This document shows, piece after piece, positions 57,791-64,000 of a DNA stretch of 64,000 nt. The DNA lies in IMG/VR virus record IMGVR_UViG_3300042389_000724, positions 31,390 to 95,389 of that record. The stretch is one strand, 5' to 3'. Numbering within the stretch: the first letter of the stretch is position 1; each line of letters begins with the position of its first letter. Origin of the DNA: a virus. The position numbers and the translations under genes were made by a program. The notes under the pieces were generated by a model. The model made no database searches. It saw only the letters and a list, made by a program, of their open reading frames with translations, and was not told where the DNA came from.

Positions 57791-59230
57791 ATGGAAAATA
57801 AGTTTCTAACCGAGCAGGCACTCCGCAAGTGGAAGCCTGTCATCGACCACGCAGATATGCCTAAGATCGAAGACGCTCACAAGCGTGCTACCCTTGCCAC
57901 TCTTCTGGAGAACCAGGAGAAGGCAATCAAGGAGCAGATGCTTGTAGAGACTTCGAACATCGCTGGCGGCGGTATGTCGCCAGTTGTTGGTGGCGAAGGC
58001 AACATCAAGGGTTACGATCCAATTCTCATTCAGTTGGTTCGTCGCGCCATGCCCAACCTCATGGCTTACGATGTTTGCGGCGTTCAGGCTATGTCGGCTC
58101 CGACAGGCTTGATCTTCGCAATGCGTTCGCTGTACGGCAAGACTGGTTCGAGCAGCGGAACCTTTGGTAGCGAAGCGTTCTATAACGAGGCTCAGAGCAC
58201 CTTCTCGGGTGTAAACGCTCAGTCGGGTAACACTGGTTCGCCTGGCGCTTCGGCAACAGGTCTGACGATGGCAACCTTTGCGGTTGACCCACTTCTCGGA
58301 ACGAACCAAACTGGCGCTAGCGGTATCACCACTGGTACTGGTATGGCTACTTCGACAGGCGAAGCCATCGTTCCCGCTGAAATGGGCTTTGATATTCAGC
58401 GTATCGCTGTTGAGGCTCGTACCCGCGCTCTCGCCGCGTCGTACAGCATCGAACTCGCCCAAGACCTGAAGGCTATTCACGGTCTTGATGCCGAGACAGA
58501 ACTCAGCAACATTCTCAGCACCGAGATTCTTGCCGAGATCAACCGTGAGGTCGTTCGCACGATCTATCGCACGGCTACTCTCGGAGCACAGCAGACTGAC
58601 CTGTACTACAAGACCGTTGTTGGTGGTCTGACCACTGGCACATCGTCCACCGCCATCGGTGGAGTGTACGATCTTGTTCAGGACTCGGATGGTCGTTGGA
58701 GCGCGGAAAAGTTCCGTGGTCTGATGTTCCAGATTGAGCGTGAGTGCAACAAGATCGCCAAGGATACCCGTCGCGGTAAGGGCAACTTCATCATCTGCTC
58801 GGCAGATGTTGCTTCAGCCCTCGCAATGGGTGGCTTCCTGAACATCAGCCCCGCGCTGAATGTCAGCCTTGATGTTGATGACACTGGCAACACCTTTGCT
58901 GGTACCCTCAACGGCAAGATCAAGGTTTACATTGATCCTTATGTTGACACCGTTACGAGCGGTGCTGCCAGCAACTTCGTCTGCGTTGGATATAAGGGAA
59001 CCAGCCCGTATGATGCGGGTATGTTCTACTGCCCCTATGTCCCGCTACAGATGATGCGTGCTGTTGACACCAACACATTCCAGCCCAAGATGGCGTTCAA
59101 GACCCGCTACGGCATGGTTGCGAACCCCTTCGCTCCTGGATCAAGCATCAGCAACGGAAACCTCAACACTCGCAGCAATGTCTACTACCGCGTGTTCCGC
59201 GTGGACAACCTCCACGGTATCGCTTCGTAA
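57791..59230 (+). CDS. gp23: Major capsid protein gp23
   Basis: KW.P..D, LLENQ, DP.LI.LVRR.MPNL.AYD.CGVQ.M..PTGLIFAMR, ELAQDLKAIHGLDAE.EL.NILS.EI..EINREV, FYCPYVPL, FKTRYG. Confidence 0.99.
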   Translation: MENKFLTEQALRKWKPVIDHADMPKIEDAHKRATLATLLENQEKAIKEQMLVETSNIAGGGMSPVVGGEGNIKGYDPILIQLVRRAMPNLMAYDVCGVQAMSAPTGLIFAMRSLYGKTGSSSGTFGSEAFYNEAQSTFSGVNAQSGNTGSPGASATGLTMATFAVDPLLGTNQTGASGITTGTGMATSTGEAIVPAEMGFDIQRIAVEARTRALAASYSIELAQDLKAIHGLDAETELSNILSTEILAEINREVVRTIYRTATLGAQQTDLYYKTVVGGLTTGTSSTAIGGVYDLVQDSDGRWSAEKFRGLMFQIERECNKIAKDTRRGKGNFIICSADVASALAMGGFLNISPALNVSLDVDDTGNTFAGTLNGKIKVYIDPYVDTVTSGAASNFVCVGYKGTSPYDAGMFYCPYVPLQMMRAVDTNTFQPKMAFKTRYGMVANPFAPGSSISNGNLNTRSNVYYRVFRVDNLHGIAS

Positions 59231-59255
59231 TAGATACTGCACACAGCAAAGAATT

Positions 59256-59287
59256 GGGGAGGGCATCAAGCCCTCCCCTTTTCTTTT
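59256..59287 (+). terminator. Rho-independent terminator after gp23
   Basis: GGGGAGGGC-ATCAA-GCCCTCCCC followed by TTTTCTTTT. Confidence 0.9.
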
Positions 59288-59299
59288 CTACATACTTGT

Positions 59300-59827
59300 A
59301 TGTCATACCCATTTGATTTCACCGACATCCCCGAAGAAATAACCGCGCGGTATCCGCAGAGTATTAATCCTCTGCTTCCAACCTATTTTAGGTTTTCGAT
59401 TGCCCGTCTTCCAAAGACCACTTATTTTTGTCAAACTGCATCTCTACCAACCGTGACTATGGGAGAGATATTGATGCCCACTCCTTTTGTCTCCTTGAAG
59501 TCTCCAACGAAGATGGATTTTGATGAGTTGAGTATCACATTTATAGTGGACGAGCAGATGGGGAATTGGTTGGAAATATTCAACTGGATGCGCTCTGTGA
59601 CCAATGTGGAAAACTATGACGAGTTCAGGGCATCTAATACCCACCTGTCTACTGCAAATCTGATCATATTGAACAGCACAAAAAATCCAAAGATCAATGT
59701 GACTTTCTACGATTTGTATCCACGAACACTCGGTTCGATAGATTTTACATCTACCCTAGTTGATCCAGAACCGTTTCAATGCACGGCTACCTTCGCATAC
59801 CGAAACTACAATATAGAACTTCTGTGA
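59300..59827 (+). CDS. gp3: Tail tube terminator / tail completion gp3
   Basis: N.L.PT.F.F.I.RLP...YFCQ...LP, L.I.FIVDE...NW.EI.NW, F..LYP..L..I.F; follows gp23. Confidence 0.92.
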   Translation: MSYPFDFTDIPEEITARYPQSINPLLPTYFRFSIARLPKTTYFCQTASLPTVTMGEILMPTPFVSLKSPTKMDFDELSITFIVDEQMGNWLEIFNWMRSVTNVENYDEFRASNTHLSTANLIILNSTKNPKINVTFYDLYPRTLGSIDFTSTLVDPEPFQCTATFAYRNYNIELL

Positions 59828-59834
59828 TTGTGGC

Positions 59835-59862
59835 TTGACTCTGTTGCTGTAGTGTGTAAACT
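59835..59862 (+). promoter_or_regulatory. Sigma70-like promoter for uvsY (TTGACT-N16-TAAACT)
   Basis: -35 at 59835-59840, -10 at 59857-59862; same architecture as the gp32 promoter. Confidence 0.6.
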
Positions 59863-59880
59863 ACGCGAACGGAGATCTAT

Positions 59881-60315
59881 ATGACGCTAGATGACATCAG
59901 AAAAGAAATTGAACGGGATGTGAGATTGGACGAAACGGCTCTTGATCTTGAGTCGCTTAAGATTCCGCAACTGCACAGCAAGTACTTGAACTTTTTGACT
60001 GATGAAAAATTGTGTCTTCGAAAAATGGAAGGCGACTACTCTGTTCTCATGCGTGCTAAGTGGGAATACTACACGGGCAAGATGTCTCAAGAAGAATTGA
60101 CTGCCCGTGGATGGGAGCAGTTCCCTCTAAAGATTCTCCGTAATGATCTTGATCTGTATCTTCAGGGTGATTCGGATCTAAACAAAAGTAGACAAAAAAT
60201 GGAGTATCAAAAGGAAAAGATCTCCTTGCTTGAAGAAATAGTAAAGGAACTCAACAATCGTCATTGGAAGATTCGATGTGCGATTGATTGGAGAAAATTT
60301 GTCAATGGACAGTGA
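59881..60315 (+). CDS. uvsY: Recombination mediator UvsY
   Basis: D..LD...LD.ESLKIPQLH.KYL, KWEYYTGK, PLKIL..DL..YL..D, R.W.I..AI.W.KF..G. Confidence 0.93.
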   Translation: MTLDDIRKEIERDVRLDETALDLESLKIPQLHSKYLNFLTDEKLCLRKMEGDYSVLMRAKWEYYTGKMSQEELTARGWEQFPLKILRNDLDLYLQGDSDLNKSRQKMEYQKEKISLLEEIVKELNNRHWKIRCAIDWRKFVNGQ

Positions 60316-60856
60316 CTTTTCAAAAGTTCTTTCGGTTGACACCAAGAATTGGTGGGTTGATCGTATGTACTTGCAAGACGCTGTTCATGCGGCGAGACAC
60401 AGTACCGATCCAAGCACACAGGTAGGAGCAGTTCTTGTTGTTCCTACAGGCACTGGTGTAATCCTAAAGAACTGGAATCGTGTGCCTAATCGCTTGAAGC
60501 AGTCTGGCTACCCTTTAAATATTAGCGACAAGAATCACTGCACGGAACACGCAGAAAGATCTGTGGTATATGATGCACTGCAAAAAGGGATTCCTACTAC
60601 TGGACTCACCATGTATTGCACATGGGCTTCTTGTTCCGAGTGTTCTCGCGCAATCATTAGTTTTGGAGTAACCCGAGTAGTCACATTTACTCGTTTGGTT
60701 GAGCGCACACCAGAAAGATGGAAGACTAGTATATTTCAGGGTCTTCGTATGATGCGAGACTGTGGAATCTCTGTTGTTGGTTGGCACGGAGACATAGGTA
60801 CTAATGTTTGTCTCAAGTTTGATGGTGAGTACATAACGGAGAAGACACTAGAATGA
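60305..60856 (+). CDS. Zn-dependent cytidine/dCMP deaminase-family protein
   Basis: A..S.DP.TQVGAV, HAE, YCTW..C..C.RAI...G...V motifs. Confidence 0.85.
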   Translation: MDSDFSKVLSVDTKNWWVDRMYLQDAVHAARHSTDPSTQVGAVLVVPTGTGVILKNWNRVPNRLKQSGYPLNISDKNHCTEHAERSVVYDALQKGIPTTGLTMYCTWASCSECSRAIISFGVTRVVTFTRLVERTPERWKTSIFQGLRMMRDCGISVVGWHGDIGTNVCLKFDGEYITEKTLE

Positions 60857-62358
60857 TGTTTGACCTTGATGTGAGCGTAGTGGATTCGGTTTATGTTCGT
60901 GTGCAGTGCGACAGAGGAATCGCGCATGAACTGTCTGATTACTTCACATTCAAGGTGCCTGGCTACAAGTTCATGCCTGCATATCGTTCTCGTTTGTGGA
61001 ACGGTGAGATCAAACTGTACAACATCCATAGCCAACTCATCTACGCGGGTTTGGTGGACTACATCAAGAAGTTCGCGGACGAGCGACAGTACACCGTCAC
61101 CTTCCCTGCGCGAAACGAAATCAACATCACGCCTGACGCTGTGAGAAAGTTTATGCAGGACTTCTTACAGGTTCATGTTGGTGGCAAGAAGGTGGACGCA
61201 CACGATCACCAAGTAAACGCGGTGCATCATGCGATGCAGCAGGAGCGATGCTTGCTCCTGTCTCCCACAGGCAGCGGCAAGAGCCTCATCATCTACACGC
61301 TCCTGCGGTACTACTTGGACAAGATTCCATCGGACAAGAAGGTATTGATCGTGGTTCCAACGGTGTCTCTCGTAGAGCAGATGCTTTCCGATTTCACGGA
61401 CTACTCGTCTGCGAACGGGTGGAGCGTGAAGAGCAACTGCCACAAGATCATGTCGGGTGAGGAAAAGAACAGCGACAAGCGGGTAGTGGTGTCCACTTGG
61501 CAGAGCATATACAAGCAGAGCGAGAAGTGGTTTCAGCAGTTTGGTGCAGTGGTTGGTGATGAGGCTCACCTGTTCAAGTCAAAGTCTCTCACCGCCATCA
61601 TGTCCAAACTAAAGACCTGTCCGTATCGCGTGGGAACCACGGGAACACTGGACGGAACCAATACTCACAAATTGGTGCTTGAAGGACTTTTTGGAAAAGC
61701 CTATGAAGTCACCAAAACAAAAACCCTGATGGAGAAGCAAATACTCAGCGATCTAAAGATTGAGTGTTTGCTGCTCTCATATCCTGATCTTGATCGTGAG
61801 TCTGTGAGGCGAGCGAAATATCAAGACGAGATCAAGTGGATCATCGGCTCCAAGCGGCGCAACGCATTCATCGCTGGTATGTGTCAGCGACTGAAGGGCA
61901 ACTCCCTCATACTATTTCAATTCGTAGAAGACCACGGAAAGGTGCTAAATAGTCTTGTGAGGGCTTGCGTTCCTCCCGAGCGTAAGGTATTCTTTGTGCA
62001 TGGTGGTACGGAGGCTGCTGATAGAGAGGAGATTCGTAAGATTGTTGAAAGCGAGTCCGATGCAGTAATCATCGCATCATATGGCACATTCAGCACAGGA
62101 ATCTCTATCCGCCGCCTCCATAACATCATATTCGCCTCACCGTCCAAATCCCGCATTCGTGTCCTACAGAGCATAGGGCGACAGTTGCGGGTGTCACAGG
62201 ACAAAACGGTGGCGCGACTTTACGACATCGGTGATGACCTTTCGTGGAAATCTTGGAAAAACCACACGCTACGACACATGAACGAGCGTATGAGATTGTA
62301 CGAAACGGAAGGGTTTGAACACAAACTAGTCAAGATACAGTTAGGAGAAGACGCATGA
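60853..62358 (+). CDS. uvsW: DNA helicase UvsW
   Basis: F.F.VPGYKFMP.YR...W.G.I, SPTGSGKS, GDEAH, TGTL, IASYGTFSTGI.I, QSIGR.LR. Confidence 0.97.
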   Translation: MMFDLDVSVVDSVYVRVQCDRGIAHELSDYFTFKVPGYKFMPAYRSRLWNGEIKLYNIHSQLIYAGLVDYIKKFADERQYTVTFPARNEINITPDAVRKFMQDFLQVHVGGKKVDAHDHQVNAVHHAMQQERCLLLSPTGSGKSLIIYTLLRYYLDKIPSDKKVLIVVPTVSLVEQMLSDFTDYSSANGWSVKSNCHKIMSGEEKNSDKRVVVSTWQSIYKQSEKWFQQFGAVVGDEAHLFKSKSLTAIMSKLKTCPYRVGTTGTLDGTNTHKLVLEGLFGKAYEVTKTKTLMEKQILSDLKIECLLLSYPDLDRESVRRAKYQDEIKWIIGSKRRNAFIAGMCQRLKGNSLILFQFVEDHGKVLNSLVRACVPPERKVFFVHGGTEAADREEIRKIVESESDAVIIASYGTFSTGISIRRLHNIIFASPSKSRIRVLQSIGRQLRVSQDKTVARLYDIGDDLSWKSWKNHTLRHMNERMRLYETEGFEHKLVKIQLGEDA

Positions 62359-63251
62359 GAAGATCAAAGAAGTCGGAACTCAGAGTCTTCAAACTTCGTA
62401 GCGGTGAAGAGATTATTGCGAAGGTTGCTGGCAAGTCGAAGGACAAGATCAAGTTGCAGCGTCCGATGAAGATCGTGGAAAACTATCAGACCGATCCTTT
62501 CACGGGAGCAAAGCGGCAGTTTGTCTTCTTTACAAATTGGCTCGGAAACACCGCAGAACTGTCTGCTGATATTCCGCTTGACTTCATTGTGGTAGAACTG
62601 TCTCCTGATCCTGACATGATCTCGCTGTACTCCAAGCAGACAGAAATAGAAGACACGAACAACACCCCTGCTCCAAAGAATCCAAAGTCTCTGTTTCCGA
62701 ACATGAGCGAAGCAGACATTCAGAAAATGTCTGATGAGATTGACGAGAAACTAGAAGAGATGCTGAAGCAGTTGGCTAGCGAAGAACCGCAGGGATCTTC
62801 TGGAGGTGCCATAAATCCTATTCCAGTGGATTGGAATGCTTCAAATCCGCCCAATCCTCTTCCACTCACTCCACCGTTGCCGTTCATCAATCCTGGTATG
62901 GGAATTCCTCCGCGATTGCCAAATTCTATTCTGTTCAGCGTGAGCATTCCGCAGGACATACTTGCTGCTTGGGTAGAGAGTGGATTCATCGACTATCTCA
63001 AAGACAGCGTTCAAGATTTCATGACCACAGATTTTCTTGAAGAGATTATGAACGATGAAGAGGACGAGGTTCCGCAGAAGCCAAAGAAGAAGCGGAACAA
63101 GCGTGAAAAGATTTCCAAGGACGAGTGGAAAGAGCCGTCCGAAGATTTGAAAAAGAAGCCCAACTACGGGAACAGCCACGAAGACTGGTCGCCGTACCTG
63201 AAGGACTACTTGCCAGAGCAAGAGCCTCCAAAAAATGAAGATGAGGGTTGA
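62355..63251 (+). CDS. Hypothetical protein (Sm-like N-terminus, Pro-rich linker)
   Basis: KL.SGEEIIA N-terminal motif seen in the conserved gene between uvsW and gp55 of T4-like phages; AGGAG SD. Confidence 0.75.
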   Translation: MRRSKKSELRVFKLRSGEEIIAKVAGKSKDKIKLQRPMKIVENYQTDPFTGAKRQFVFFTNWLGNTAELSADIPLDFIVVELSPDPDMISLYSKQTEIEDTNNTPAPKNPKSLFPNMSEADIQKMSDEIDEKLEEMLKQLASEEPQGSSGGAINPIPVDWNASNPPNPLPLTPPLPFINPGMGIPPRLPNSILFSVSIPQDILAAWVESGFIDYLKDSVQDFMTTDFLEEIMNDEEDEVPQKPKKKRNKREKISKDEWKEPSEDLKKKPNYGNSHEDWSPYLKDYLPEQEPPKNEDEG

Positions 63252-63275
63252 CAAAAACACTACATGATGGATAAT
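63248..63275 (+). promoter_or_regulatory. Sigma70-like promoter for gp55 (TTGACA-N16-GATAAT)
   Basis: -35 at 63248-63253, -10 at 63270-63275. Confidence 0.65.
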
Positions 63276-63294
63276 GATCCGTGAAAGGCATACG

Positions 63295-63903
63295 ATGGCA
63301 AAAAAGAAAAGTGAACATTACATAGACAATCAGCAGTTTTTTGAAGAGATGCGCGAGTGGAAGACTCTTGTGAATGCAGCAGACAAGGCGGGGTCGCCGC
63401 ACCCGCCTGTCACGCACTACATTGGCGAGTGCTTTATGAAGATTGCGGAGAACCTGTCCCGCAAGCCGAACTTCATCAACTATCCGTATCGTGACGAGAT
63501 GATCTCTGACGGCATAGAGAACTGCCTGCTGTACGCATACAACTTTGATCCGTCCAAGTCCAAGAATCCATTCTCGTACTTTACGCAGATCATCTACTAT
63601 GCTTTCCTTCGCCGTATTCAGAAGGAAAAAAAGCAGGCATACATCAAACTGAAGAAGATTGAGATGAGCGATGTAGACTCGCAGATGAAGAAGTGGTTTC
63701 GTGAGAACTACCTGAAGGTTGGCGACAACTTTGAGACTCTGCCGACATTCCTCACCGAAAACGACATCAACTCGTTTGAGAAGAAGACAGGTGAGGCTGA
63801 AATCGTTGTGGACGAGCCACTAGAAAAGCCGAAGAAGACCACGAAGCCAAAGAAGCCTTCAAAGCCGAAGGCAAAGGTTTCAAAGAAAGGCAAGAAGAAG
63901 TGA
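63295..63903 (+). CDS. gp55: Late transcription sigma factor gp55
   Basis: HYIDN..F, YIGECF.KIA..LS.KPNF.NY.YR.EMISDGIENCL.Y..NFDP.KS.NPF.YFTQIIYYAFLRRI.KEKKQ. Confidence 0.97.
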   Translation: MAKKKSEHYIDNQQFFEEMREWKTLVNAADKAGSPHPPVTHYIGECFMKIAENLSRKPNFINYPYRDEMISDGIENCLLYAYNFDPSKSKNPFSYFTQIIYYAFLRRIQKEKKQAYIKLKKIEMSDVDSQMKKWFRENYLKVGDNFETLPTFLTENDINSFEKKTGEAEIVVDEPLEKPKKTTKPKKPSKPKAKVSKKGKKK

Positions 63904-64000
63904 AGATTGCCATCGTGACGGACACGCACTTTGGTGCGCGTAATGATTCCCCTGTATTCATGGAACACTTCATGCGGTTCTTTGACCGCGTGTTCTTTCC
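63900..64000 (+). CDS. gp47: Recombination endonuclease gp47 (Mre11/SbcD-like), 5' fragment
   Basis: GTG start overlapping the gp55 stop; MKIAIVTDTHFGARNDS...F...FF...FF; runs off the window end. Confidence 0.92.
   Translation, partial: MKIAIVTDTHFGARNDSPVFMEHFMRFFDRVFF

Noticed and set aside
49233-62358. Introns, inteins or homing endonucleases in terminase, portal, capsid or UvsW
   Set aside because: All are of normal length and uninterrupted; no intein or LAGLIDADG/HNH/GIY-YIG motifs were seen.
1-64000. Alternative genetic code (stop-codon reassignment)
   Set aside because: Conserved genes are full length under code 11 and end with TAA, TGA or TAG at expected positions; no suppressor tRNA among the three seen.

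Overview
This 64-kb window is part of a T4-like (Tevenvirinae/cyanomyovirus-style gene order) myophage genome read with the standard code. It opens with three tRNAs (Ser-GCT, Gln-TTG, Thr-TGT) and two leftward putative virion genes, then gp33 and gp32 (SSB). A leftward block follows: gp4, gp2, gp54, gp26/gp51 and a tape-measure-like gp29. The long rightward morphogenesis region carries gp48, gp53, a gp27-like hub, gp5, PAAR, a holin-T-like gene, gp25, gp6, gp7, gp8, a large DUF4815-like protein, several tail fibre/lectin proteins, gp13-gp23 and gp3. The window ends with uvsY, a deaminase, uvsW, gp55 and the start of gp47. Most notable observations: (1) a canonical-looking -1 frameshift cassette (U-UUU-UUU, 5-nt spacer, hairpin) that would fuse gp26 to an unannotated, start-less gp51-like ORF just upstream of the tape-measure gene, like the lambda G/GT and P2 E/E' chaperones; (2) a G-x-[T/S/C] tripeptide enriched across virion proteins, a candidate modification (glycosylation) sequon; (3) a gp7-like wedge protein built from nested lectin-domain insertions, whose last domain is completed by an in-frame ORF beyond a TAA stop; (4) a degenerate late-promoter motif (C/A)TA(A/C)ATA. 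All family assignments come from motif recognition and synteny, not database searches.
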